From the sequence record MF459647.1: DNA of 64,000 nucleotides; one strand, given 5' to 3'. The notes beneath the pieces were generated by a model, which was not told the origin of the DNA, made no database searches, and saw nothing but the letters and a program-made list of their open reading frames with translations. This document shows positions 27,929-37,800 of this stretch, one piece after another. How positions within the stretch are numbered: position 1 is the first letter of the stretch; every line of letters begins with the position of its first letter. The translations under genes were made by a program, and so were the position numbers.

Positions 27929-28609
27929 ATGCCAGGGAACCGTAAAGCCTTTGAAACATTTGTTTTTGAGTTCATGGGCTCACTCACTAAAGGCGGTGGT
28001 AACCGAAAGATTTACGAACGCCTTTTTAGCCAGATGAACGACAAACAGATGGACATGTTTGTGGATAAACTGGAACAGGGTATGCCGTTAAGTGTTTGGG
28101 CGAGCAACTTCGAAAAAGCAGAGATGTTTAATTACGAAGGGTTGCTCAAGATCTGCGACAAATACGGCTTGCCAATGGAACAGCAGTTGGTGGTGTATGA
28201 CCAGGACACTGGGATTAAATCACTGACACCGATTAAGTACGTGGTCGGAACCGCTGAAATCCGTAAACAGCGTCAGATGCAGGTGAAAAAGTTTGGTGTC
28301 TCGAAAGACGACTCCAAAGTAGAAGACTTGACCGGGCAGGTGATGGGGGAAAGCCGTGCTGCAGGTTTGAGTATTCCGGAAGTTCAGGTATTGGATAACC
28401 TGGGACTCCCGACGTTGGCCAACGAACTGTATAACGTCAAGGGTGGGGACCTGGACGCGCTGAAGGTATTCCGTAACGAACTGATTACCACGGGTAAAGC
28501 CACCACCAATGCGGCACTTAAACAGGGAACCGGTGCCAAGGTGTTGAAGACGGCGCACTTTATCTTACTGGGTCGCCATATCCAATCCAATATTCATGAG
28601 AGGGACTAA
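27929..28609 (+). CDS. Virion RNA polymerase beta subunit, C-terminal fragment (phiKZ gp149 / SPN3US gp218-like)
   Basis: IRKQRQMQVKK...DLTGQVMGESRAAGLSIPEVQVL...ELYNVKGGD corresponds to the RpoB C-terminal (TQQP/GEME) region. Confidence 0.8.
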   Translation: MPGNRKAFETFVFEFMGSLTKGGGNRKIYERLFSQMNDKQMDMFVDKLEQGMPLSVWASNFEKAEMFNYEGLLKICDKYGLPMEQQLVVYDQDTGIKSLTPIKYVVGTAEIRKQRQMQVKKFGVSKDDSKVEDLTGQVMGESRAAGLSIPEVQVLDNLGLPTLANELYNVKGGDLDALKVFRNELITTGKATTNAALKQGTGAKVLKTAHFILLGRHIQSNIHERD

Positions 28610-29028
28610 TGAAGTCTTTACAAACCCTACGGGATATTGTCATCGATAACTTCGAACGCAGCTTGGCAATTCCGCAGTTAGCCAACATGCACAACATCAT
28701 GATGCTATCGATGTTAAAACAACCCATCCTCAGTTTTGAAGAAGGGTACAAGTCTTTCTGCTCGCAGATTGCAGAGAGCGCCGACGCCTACGATGCCTGG
28801 ATGGTTACCATCTATGACATCAGCGCCGCCTTGGGTGATTTCAAGATGGTGATTGAGGAGTTGAATACTTATAATAACAACTTCAAAACCAGCTTGAACG
28901 CCGGGTCTCAAATCAGCTATGAGTTTTCTGATAAAGACCTGCCGTTTGTTATCGCCTTCGCCTACCGCATCACGTTACCAATGTTAACGGCAGCTGCACC
29001 GGCACCTGAAAAAGGTAATGCCGCATGA
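28609..29028 (+). CDS. Hypothetical protein
   Basis: TAATG-coupled to the beta C gene. Confidence 0.6.
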   Translation: MKSLQTLRDIVIDNFERSLAIPQLANMHNIMMLSMLKQPILSFEEGYKSFCSQIAESADAYDAWMVTIYDISAALGDFKMVIEELNTYNNNFKTSLNAGSQISYEFSDKDLPFVIAFAYRITLPMLTAAAPAPEKGNAA

Positions 29029-29768
29029 GTGGGTTAAATCGAGTTTTAAAAATCTACACCGAGCTGGACGCGCTGTTTGATTATCGACGTGGATTGGTAC
29101 AGCATCTGTTAACCAGTCACAAGTCGTACCCGTCAGACGCTGTGCGTAAAGCCGACGGTGATAAACAGTGGGAGCTTTACCTGGAAGGGCGTTATCGGAA
29201 ACGTCGTTTAGACAACTTCGATATCCCTGAGCTGAAGCTGTCCACTGCCGACTACCAGGCGTTGTACAAAGAGCGTCGCTTGGAACACTTCCTGATGTAC
29301 TATCCCAGTGTATTAGAGAAGCACATGTTCAAGATGGTAATGGATATGGAAATGCTCGATACCATGACACCCAGCATCAAGGGTGCAACATTGTACGTGA
29401 ATACCTTTCCTTATCAGCTCGACACTGAATTGAATGCGCTACTGCTGGACACCGTGAACCGTCGGTTTGGGGGACGCTATGACGTCCAACTGGTACACGC
29501 TGATCCCCGAAGCTTTACTGCCCATACCTTTGGTCAGTATGACTACGTGTTCAAGTACGACATCCTGCTGGGGGATTACGAGTGGTTCGTGAAGAGCCTA
29601 CTGGAAACCCAGATTCCCGCTACCACGTTCTTTGTGCCTTCCCTGTTCCTTGCTGAGAATGACATGATTGTCGGCGGACCGGAAGACATGATTTATGCGC
29701 TGGCGGCGACGCTTTCACCGGCTATTAAGCTGGTGCCGTGTAATGCTGTGATTTACGATTACGCGTGA
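29025..29768 (+). CDS. Hypothetical protein, possibly a degenerate HAD fold
   Basis: ATGA overlap with the previous gene; N-terminal KIYTELDALFD resembles HAD motif I. Confidence 0.5.
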   Translation: MSGLNRVLKIYTELDALFDYRRGLVQHLLTSHKSYPSDAVRKADGDKQWELYLEGRYRKRRLDNFDIPELKLSTADYQALYKERRLEHFLMYYPSVLEKHMFKMVMDMEMLDTMTPSIKGATLYVNTFPYQLDTELNALLLDTVNRRFGGRYDVQLVHADPRSFTAHTFGQYDYVFKYDILLGDYEWFVKSLLETQIPATTFFVPSLFLAENDMIVGGPEDMIYALAATLSPAIKLVPCNAVIYDYA

Positions 29769-29778
29769 GCATAAACAC

Positions 29779-29812
29779 TATAACCTGCCTGGGATGTCCC
29801 AGGCAGGTTATA
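29779..29812. terminator. Hairpin at a convergent junction
   Basis: TATAACCTGCCTGGG-atgt-CCCAGGCAGGTTATA perfect 15-bp stem. Confidence 0.75.
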
Positions 29813-29822
29813 ATTATGTGTG

Positions 29823-30320
29823 TTACATCGGGTTACCTTCCAGGTCAACAAGCTGGTTACCCATTTCCAGTTCCTCAGTATTAATCGGTTTAATACCCTC
29901 TCGAATCGAGAGCAAGGATTGTGACGGGTCCAACATAAACGAATCCATGGTAAAGGTCGGGATATTGATTTCGCCGTTGGAGATTTTCTTCATGGCGTCC
30001 AACATCTGGTTGAAGCTGACCTTGTTGTCTTCGTTCTCTTTCTTCTTCAGGCGCTCTTTGCGGTCGTCACGTACGGCTTTCTCTAACTGAGCCACCAACG
30101 TGGTTACAGCCTCCAACATTTTGGGGTTGTTCGGCTTCTTAACAAACTGCAGCGTTGCGTAGTTGAGGATCATGGACCGGTGTTGTTGAAGGGCGTCTAC
30201 CAGAAACGTTTGGTCTACGTCTTCGTCATTACGGGCCAGCTGTTGTTGGATATTGAGTAGGACTTTGGTGACCTCCTCAGTGTCGACCTTGTTGTCGACA
30301 GCGTTATCTTCATAGTCCAT
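29823..30320 (-). CDS. Hypothetical protein; candidate small terminase subunit
   Basis: 165 aa, helical; PKMLEAVTTLVAQL resembles T4 gp16 [14 protein letters not shown] as recalled (see findings). Confidence 0.4.
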   Translation of the reverse strand: MDYEDNAVDNKVDTEEVTKVLLNIQQQLARNDEDVDQTFLVDALQQHRSMILNYATLQFVKKPNNPKMLEAVTTLVAQLEKAVRDDRKERLKKKENEDNKVSFNQMLDAMKKISNGEINIPTFTMDSFMLDPSQSLLSIREGIKPINTEELEMGNQLVDLEGNPM

Positions 30321-30321
30321 A

Positions 30322-30348
30322 ATTTTTTAAACCTATATTACTAAGGTG
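30322..30348 (+). promoter_or_regulatory. phiKZ-type early promoter motif
   Basis: ATTTTTTAAACCTATATTACTAAGGTG contains an exact TATTAC core. Confidence 0.65.
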
Positions 30349-30379
30349 CAATGGTAAACTTTATTGAAGGGTTCTACCC

Positions 30380-30958
30380 ATGAAAATACTAAAAAAGCTG
30401 GTGCATGTCTTACCATGGGGGTTTTTACAGAAACGCCTGTATAAGAAAATGTTGGTGGAATTAGAACAGATCGACCAGCGCTTCCTTTCTCCTCGTAAAC
30501 GCTACGTTGACGTTCTCCGTGACCTATACGATTGCGTGAATGGCGTGGATATCCCGCTGATAGAGGACTTTAAACGTTTTAAACAGCAAACCGTATCAAT
30601 AAACTTTAAAAGCTCTCAGAGCGCTTCTGAGTTAGTTCTAGAGTTGTTAGAAGAAAAGCGTCCCAACTGGGAGCCGTTCTTTGAACAACTCACACCGGAC
30701 AGAGAAGAACGGTTGATTGATTGGTACAGTAATCAAAGCAGTGTTAATGCCTTTATGTTGGGTGGCTTAACAGTAATTTCTTACTATTCCAATTATATTA
30801 CCTATAAGGACGTTCGCCTCTCAACACCGGATGTTGACATAGAAGCACCTTTCTTACCTGAGTTGGTAAGTTTTTTCGAAAGTAAGCACTTTAAGTTGTT
30901 GGTATCAGATCTCATTACTGTGTACTGGTTAGCACTGGACAGTAATGTAAGCAGATAG
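30380..30958 (+). CDS. Hypothetical protein, probably early
   Basis: AT-rich ORF directly downstream of the early-promoter motif. Confidence 0.6.
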   Translation: MKILKKLVHVLPWGFLQKRLYKKMLVELEQIDQRFLSPRKRYVDVLRDLYDCVNGVDIPLIEDFKRFKQQTVSINFKSSQSASELVLELLEEKRPNWEPFFEQLTPDREERLIDWYSNQSSVNAFMLGGLTVISYYSNYITYKDVRLSTPDVDIEAPFLPELVSFFESKHFKLLVSDLITVYWLALDSNVSR

Positions 30959-30966
30959 GAGTTTTT

Positions 30967-31404
30967 ATGACTTCACCCTTAAGAAGGAAATCTCAGGCTC
31001 AGGGCATGAGCGGAATCTCGGCCAAGTACGTTGAGGACAATCAATTACGCGATACTCCGGCGCGCTTGTTCCGAAAGATTCTGAATGCTATGGGCATGAA
31101 TCCACCAATGTGGTCGAAGCTGTTACGAGAGTACTTAGGTTGGGTGGTAACCACGAAAGACCGTGAGAAAGCCAAGAATGAACGTATCCATCAGACGGGA
31201 AATATTAAAAGCAGTTATTTCCAAAGCCCGACGCTTACGTTCAACAAACTCCTGGCCGGCCTTTCTATCTTACAGATGAAAGAATGTGAGATTATCATTC
31301 GGGTTAAGGACAAAGAAGGTCAGATTATTGAAGTGAGTGAGACGCTCCGCGTTATGGGCCCGCCTACTAAAAGACCTGACGACAAAACTTCTTCGGAACA
31401 GTAA
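30967..31404 (+). CDS. Hypothetical basic protein
   Basis: GGAG RBS; 145 aa, helical and basic. Confidence 0.6.
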   Translation: MTSPLRRKSQAQGMSGISAKYVEDNQLRDTPARLFRKILNAMGMNPPMWSKLLREYLGWVVTTKDREKAKNERIHQTGNIKSSYFQSPTLTFNKLLAGLSILQMKECEIIIRVKDKEGQIIEVSETLRVMGPPTKRPDDKTSSEQ

Positions 31405-31414
31405 CCACCTAATT

Positions 31415-31442
31415 GCTGTGACTTCCTTCGGGGAGTCACAGC
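31415..31442 (+). terminator. Terminator with UUCG tetraloop
   Basis: GCTGTGACTTCC-ttcg-GGGAGTCACAGC followed by T-rich sequence. Confidence 0.75.
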
Positions 31443-31476
31443 GCATTGTTTCCTTCTTTTTATTTTTGGGGTCTTT

Positions 31477-32586
31477 ATGAGCTCACTCTTTGATAACCTG
31501 GATTTAGGCAGCAGCTTAGATACGTTCAAGAAGAACACCAGTAATGCCATGAACACCGTGAAGTCGAGTATTCTGACCCCGGTAAACGCAGTCACTGAAA
31601 AGGTCAACGACGGCATTGCGTTGATTAAAAGCACAGACAGTAAACTGCAGTCGGTGATTTCAGAATACCGTTCAGCCGCAGTAGAACAGTTAGACGGTAT
31701 TATCGGTGCACTGTCAGGCGGGATGTTAAACACCTCTGACCTCACCAAGATGGTAAAGATTGGTCCGGACGGTGTTACGTTCAGTCCTGATGATTTGGTA
31801 CGGGATGTTGGTAACAAAATTGGACTGGACATCGGCGGTGACGGCAACGGCTTTATGCGTCAGATTGCAGGTGGTATCAACAGCCAGTTCAACTCTATTA
31901 CCAGCGGGTATTTTGGGGACCTGGTCAGTACCGACGGCAAGACATTTAAAATCAGCAAGAACTGGCGTGGGCAAGGTGGCGCTGCCATGCTGGATATGCT
32001 GCGTCGTTACGGTGGGGTGGATGATCTGATTGACGTTAGCGTCACCAACAGCTTCTACAATACCCTGTTGTACAACTCTGCTCAGTTCGGGATGTCCGAC
32101 AGCTATGCATCTATCATTGCCAAGTATCAGTTTAAGAAAGATGCTCAGGCCGCGTTACTGGAAGCCATTCAGTATATGTTGGCCAACGGCGACGTAGATT
32201 CGTTGCAGAAGGTGTTGGAGATTATGGACAAGGACGGGGTAATGAGTGTGAATGCCAAATACCCGGAATTTGTTGAGAACCTGCTCAGCAAGTTTACCTT
32301 TGCCGCTAACACTTATCCTGAAGAGTATCCGGCGATTCGTGAAAAGCTGATTAACGTTCTGAATAAATTCGCGGGTCCGTCATGGTATCTGCGGGTAACC
32401 CAATTTGGGTCAGCGTACAACTTGGCCTTGACGTCACAAATCAGTGCCGATGTGGTAACCCTGTTCATGGAAGACAATGAGTACGCACCTCTGCTGTATA
32501 CCAGCGGCATGTTCCAGGACGACAACGCCATTACGGTTCTGAAGAATCAATTCCCTTCAGCACCTATTATGTCTGCGAACCTATAA
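31477..32586 (+). CDS. Putative tail/baseplate protein (position of SPN3US gp237)
   Basis: 369-aa ORF convergent with the gene downstream of the tape-measure-like gene; assignment by synteny only. Confidence 0.45.
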   Translation: MSSLFDNLDLGSSLDTFKKNTSNAMNTVKSSILTPVNAVTEKVNDGIALIKSTDSKLQSVISEYRSAAVEQLDGIIGALSGGMLNTSDLTKMVKIGPDGVTFSPDDLVRDVGNKIGLDIGGDGNGFMRQIAGGINSQFNSITSGYFGDLVSTDGKTFKISKNWRGQGGAAMLDMLRRYGGVDDLIDVSVTNSFYNTLLYNSAQFGMSDSYASIIAKYQFKKDAQAALLEAIQYMLANGDVDSLQKVLEIMDKDGVMSVNAKYPEFVENLLSKFTFAANTYPEEYPAIREKLINVLNKFAGPSWYLRVTQFGSAYNLALTSQISADVVTLFMEDNEYAPLLYTSGMFQDDNAITVLKNQFPSAPIMSANL

Positions 32587-32588
32587 GT

Positions 32589-32620
32589 CTACTCCTACTC
32601 CCGTTGGGGAGTAGGAGTAG
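32589..32620. terminator. Hairpin at a convergent junction
   Basis: CTACTCCTACTCCC-gttg-GGGAGTAGGAGTAG perfect 14-bp stem. Confidence 0.75.
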
Positions 32621-32632
32621 TAACCTTATTTT

Positions 32633-34777
32633 TTATCGTGCGATTGGTTTAATAAAGATACGCGCCACGTCACTGATTAATGAGTCGGTGACTTTCGATG
32701 CAATGTTGGATGCACGGAAAGACTGTTTCATGTCCAGTGATGCCGTGGTAAGCATACGGTTCAAACGGCTGTACTTCAATACCGTGTCCAGGTAATCCAT
32801 CCCGGTTAAACGTGCCAGGTAGTTGTTGTACCCTGTATCGTCGCTCATCATACGTTTGACAGCAGCGGCTGGGTTCGTCATATCCAACAACGTCATACCA
32901 CGTTTAATGGGTACCGTTACCATTGGGTCCAGGTCAACGAGGTCCAATTCAATACGTAGGTTCAGTGGCTTACGGTCACGCGTCCAACCACGGTCACCTT
33001 CCCCTAACGTAAAGCGAGCACTTTCAATCATCCCGGTACGGATAAAGGTTTTGCTCTTAGAGAACGCCCTTATCATAAACGGGGAGGTGTAGGCTGAACC
33101 ACCTGCCGAGAACCCTGCCACTAACGGTAACACCAACGCCATCAGAATCCAGATTTTGGTAATCTGTTCATACGGATGAGCATAATTACAGCGAGAGGTA
33201 ATGACAAAGGTTTCACGGTGCAGGTTAACGCTGCTGCTTTCCCAGTGGTCCGGTACTTTGATGTAGGCATTGTTTGCCAAGGCTAAAGGAATGTTCCCCA
33301 ATACCGTACCGGCTAATGCACCTTGACCAAAATCTGTTACACGTTGAATTACGGAGTCAATAATCCCAATCCCGGTTTGACCGCCAGCCAAGTCAAATTT
33401 AAAATCGTTGGTCGCTTTTACCATAGAGTTAAACTTGTCAGCTAATGGGGACTTGGTCATGGAACTGCTGAAGGTATCGGTTACCGCACCGCCTGCTTCG
33501 ACACGGAACGTTACCGCATCCAAACCACCGTACAGGGCTGTTTGAATAAGGTCACCGATATTGCCTAACCAGGAACGGTTATCGACGTCATCCCGGTAAT
33601 ACCCATCCGTACCTGCTGCGGCTTGTTCCGATGCACTCGGTGACGCCGGTTGGGGCTTAATTCCGTTCTCGTTGGGGTTAGCACCATAGCTCTGATTAGA
33701 AATCTTGTTAATCATTGCTTGCAACGATGTGGTCTGACCGTCTTCGGTACCGGTAGTGGTTGCCCCGATACTGGAGTTGTTCGGGTCTTCTGCGGCTTTG
33801 GCGTTTAAGTAAGAACTTTCAGTTTCGGTAAACGAGCCTTCGTTCTCACGGTATTTCCCCACCGTGTTCATTTCCCGTTCAACGTATTCACTGCTGGGGT
33901 TACCGGAAATCACCGTGCCGTTGAACTGGGTTTCTTCAACCAGCTTTTTCAACCGTTCGTGTTTCTCATCGGCTGTTCGGATAGTTTCATTATCAACCTC
34001 CGCCAGCTTGTTAATGAGGTAACGGTATTTACGGGTACCACGCATCACCAGACGCATAAGGTCAATGGTACCGTCATCGTTAATACAGTCCGGGAACAAC
34101 TTGTCCAGGCCCTGGATAACGTTGCTGTTATCGTAGTCGGGTTTCAGCCCATGAAGTGGGTCAGTCTGTTCCAGGTTGTTTTTCGGCAATACTGGGTTAA
34201 TGTAACCCAGCTTCACCATGAAGTCGTTGAGCACACCGTTGGCTGCCATGATGTAAGAACCCATCGCAGGCTTAACGGTATAGAACGAGTTCTTCGGGGC
34301 TTCAGACAGGAACTGCAAGAACTGCATGGAGATGCTGAAGACCTGCATTGGCCAGAAGGCAATAGAACCAGCTGCCTGACCAATATAGAAAGCAGCGCTC
34401 GGCATACGGCCTTTGTTGGCCATGATGGCTGCTTCGGGGTCGAACATGTTGGTTAAGAAACTCAACAGCCCAGCAAATTGGGGAACACCTGCTACCAGCG
34501 TTAATGTAGTGGCATTGTCATCGTACATCTCTTTGTACATGGTACCCATGCCACCTTCACGGGTCTTTAAGAAACGACCGTAACGTGGGTCCGTTGCAGG
34601 ACTGAATTGGGGCAGGGGGTTTAAATGTCGGTTGTCACCGATAGCGCTGGAAAATACGTTGAAGTATTTGTCCCAATCGAGTTTTTCCAACAGTTCACTC
34701 GGGGGTGCGCCATGGCACATCATTCGAAAAGATTTAGAGATAATGTCTTTATCTCGCGCACTCACCTGGTTCGCCAT
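32633..34777 (-). CDS. Putative tail/baseplate hub protein (position of phiKZ gp182 / SPN3US gp238)
   Basis: 714-aa ORF immediately downstream of the giant tail protein; beta-rich C-half (YIKVPDHWESS...IESARFTLG). Confidence 0.55.
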   Translation of the reverse strand: MANQVSARDKDIISKSFRMMCHGAPPSELLEKLDWDKYFNVFSSAIGDNRHLNPLPQFSPATDPRYGRFLKTREGGMGTMYKEMYDDNATTLTLVAGVPQFAGLLSFLTNMFDPEAAIMANKGRMPSAAFYIGQAAGSIAFWPMQVFSISMQFLQFLSEAPKNSFYTVKPAMGSYIMAANGVLNDFMVKLGYINPVLPKNNLEQTDPLHGLKPDYDNSNVIQGLDKLFPDCINDDGTIDLMRLVMRGTRKYRYLINKLAEVDNETIRTADEKHERLKKLVEETQFNGTVISGNPSSEYVEREMNTVGKYRENEGSFTETESSYLNAKAAEDPNNSSIGATTTGTEDGQTTSLQAMINKISNQSYGANPNENGIKPQPASPSASEQAAAGTDGYYRDDVDNRSWLGNIGDLIQTALYGGLDAVTFRVEAGGAVTDTFSSSMTKSPLADKFNSMVKATNDFKFDLAGGQTGIGIIDSVIQRVTDFGQGALAGTVLGNIPLALANNAYIKVPDHWESSSVNLHRETFVITSRCNYAHPYEQITKIWILMALVLPLVAGFSAGGSAYTSPFMIRAFSKSKTFIRTGMIESARFTLGEGDRGWTRDRKPLNLRIELDLVDLDPMVTVPIKRGMTLLDMTNPAAAVKRMMSDDTGYNNYLARLTGMDYLDTVLKYSRLNRMLTTASLDMKQSFRASNIASKVTDSLISDVARIFIKPIAR

Positions 34778-34800
34778 CTTTATCCTCGGCTAAAAGAAAA

Positions 34801-34818
34801 GGGGGAGTTTCCTCCCCC
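34801..34818 (-). terminator. Rho-independent terminator, minus strand
   Basis: On the minus strand GGGGGAG-gaaa-CTCCCCC followed by TTTTCTTTT. Confidence 0.7.
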
Positions 34819-34823
34819 GGTTG

Positions 34824-37800
34824 TTATACCTTGACACTCTCAGGACGAGAAGCCATGTTCTTGTTGAGCTCAGTCAACTGCTGAACCATTTGCTGCATTA
34901 ACTGAATCTGAGCCTGGTCACCCGATGCCAAGACTTTCGCCAGGGTATCAGAGAGTGCACTTAGGTCCAGTGTAGGTGCAGGCGCTGGAGCAGATTGTGG
35001 AGCGGCAGCCGGAGCTGCTGGCGCAGGAGCCATTGGAGGTGTCGCCGGCGTAGGCTGCGGAGCAGCGGCAGTCGGGTTAACACCCATTGGACCAGTCGGT
35101 GCAGGTGAAGCCGCTTCAGCTCCTCCGTCACCCGCTGGAACACCGTACGGTGAAGGCGGTGCATTACGCGGCACTTCACTCGGTGCTTCTGGCATCCCTG
35201 GTGTCCGTTCCAGATTTACCCCTGCTTTACCCAGGAACTTCGCAGCTGACTCTTCAGAGCGCAGGTCAACGTGGATGTGACCACCCGTGGTATTGGCTGT
35301 GGTGACCTGATACTCGTTAAGAATATAGTAGTCGCCTTTACCCATACCCGCCGACGCCATGATTTGTTGCACCGCAGCAATGGCTTGAGAAGCACCTGCT
35401 GCCCCGTTAGTACAGGTAAAGTCCAAGGCCAAGCCACGTTTGTGCAACGAGTTACCTGGTTTAGACTGGTGATACGCATCATTCAACGCTGTGAAACGAT
35501 TGAAGTTCGGAACCTTAGCCTGAATCAATTCGGCCAGACGTTTTAAGCCCGGATGAATCGGTCCACCTGCTACGGTTTCCTGAGACTTAATCTTGAGTCC
35601 ACCGAAATCACTGACGCGACTTCCAGTAGCTTCACCCAACGTACCCATGGTGTTGTTGAAACCATCACCGGCGTTGTTGTAGGTCATTCCCGTTGGTGGT
35701 GGCGGGGCAACGTTTGTCATGGTTGGGTATGGAGTTCCGCCCATGCTTGGTGCACCACCTGGACTACCTCCTGCTCCTGGCGCAGCCGGCGTACCGGTAG
35801 GCAGAGCAGGCGGTGTATTGCCTTGTGCTGGGTTTGGTGTAGCGCCGGCTTCTGTTGGACCTTCTTCAGGTTTCAACTCACCCCCGGCCAGTTTCGCTAA
35901 GTAATCCTTGTACATCGCAAAACGTTTATCCATTCCCGGCAGATCGTTACCACCGTTAAGACCCAATGCAGCGTAACCAAAGTTACCGTTCTGGGTAATG
36001 GACTGCAATTGCTTAGAGTTCTTAAAGAAGTTCACCGCAATCTTCGCCATGGTCACAGGGTCAGTTGATGCGAGTTTCGGGTTGTTCTCCAAATCCACAC
36101 CAATCTCTTGCCCAATCTTCCGGTAGTTTGCACGACCTGTTAACTGGACAAACCCACGACCACGGTACAGCCATCCGTCACCCGGCGCGATGTTACCAAT
36201 CGATGCACCTTTACCGCCACCGTAGACCGTGTTGGCAATTGCCACCGGACCTGCCTGAATTAACTGACGGGCCTGTTCTACCGTTTTGATTTCCCGGAAC
36301 AATTTAACCATCTGTTCAGGGTTGGTGTATTTCATGTTTTCTGTGGTACGCTGGAAGTTACCTGACTCGTAAGCGCACAGCGCCAACATTTCAGCAATGG
36401 CACGTGGGTCTTTGAAACCTTGTGCAATCATCTCTTTAATGATGAGCTGTTCGGCAGCTTTACGCGGTACGGTAACCCCGGTATCATCCCCTGGGTTCTG
36501 TTGCACCCCAGCCAAGTTCACCGACGCCGTATTGGAGTTGCCTTCAATCGGATTGTACTGGTAGAAGTCAGCCGTGTTGTACAGAGAATGCCCGCCGGCA
36601 CTGAACCCACTCGATTCGCTATTACTGCCGCCACCTCGAGCTTGGTCAGCACGGTTATTGGCTGGACCGGTAGCCGGATTGTACTTCGTCTCCTGTCCGC
36701 CAGTTTTGTGCACCTCGTTGGTTTCCACCATCCGTTTAGCACTGGTCTTAGCTGCTTCCTTCATCGGGTCTGCTAGCTTCGCCTGGTTAGACAGGTTAGC
36801 CATCATCTTGAGGGTTTCATCAACCTTCATTGTCCGAGGGGAACTCAGGGTGTAGTGGAACGGCGACGTTTTGATATCCCAGATGCTGTAAACTTTATCC
36901 TCGATTCGCACCGTGGTGTTTACTAACTCCTGAGCAATCTCATACTTCGCGGTAGCCGTTAAGGTCCGCCACACATCCTTCGGTAAACCACGACGGTACT
37001 TCTGCAGGGTTCTGACGTAGGTCATCATTACCGGCAGGAAGCGGTCACGGAACCACAGCGCCCAGTCCTTCGACTTATCCTTATCGATACGGAAGGCATC
37101 TTTAAACGCGGCGTAAGCATCACCGGTTTTCCCAACAAAACGTACATCCCCGCCAACGAGCTGAATCTGTCCTTCCATGTAGCGTTCTAACTTAAGGACC
37201 GCTTGAACACGCCATGGGGTATTGAACTCGTTACCGTATGCGGCTAAACGTAAAGCCGTCAACAGGTCCATGGTGCCTTTTTCTGGCAACAGGTCGGAGA
37301 TGTTGGCTTCCGCTGCAATGCTTCCCGGTTTGTACGCTTTGTTTAACTCCTCGATTTCCTTGTCGATTTGTTTAATACGCGCTTCAGCCTGTCGTGCACC
37401 AGCGTAGTCTGTGCTTCCCCCAAACAGACCAAACATGCTTGGGTTCTTGGCTTTCTCCTCCAGGGCCTTCTTCTCTTCCTCGAGTCCTTTCTTGGTAGCT
37501 GCTCCCACAGTGCCCAGCGTTTTGATGGTTCCGCCGTTCTTGTTCGGGTTCCCGTATTCCTTGTTCAGGTCTTTCAGGTAATCGCTGACACGCGCCATGG
37601 TTTCCTGTTGCGGCAGGATAGCGGTATCTTTATCGATGGATGCCTGAATGCTGTACGGGTTCGGCATTAAGCTAATCAACGCATCGTGTGCTTTGTTAGC
37701 AATCTGCGAAACCTTCAGCGTTTCATCTTTATCGTACTCTTCCAGCGTTTTGAATTTCACGCTGTCAAGACACGCCATGTACGTTAAGTACACTGGTTTG

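Noticed and set aside
34950-35180. Pro/Ala-rich repeat-like DNA
   Set aside because: It simply encodes the low-complexity C-terminal tail of the giant tail protein; no regular DNA repeat unit.
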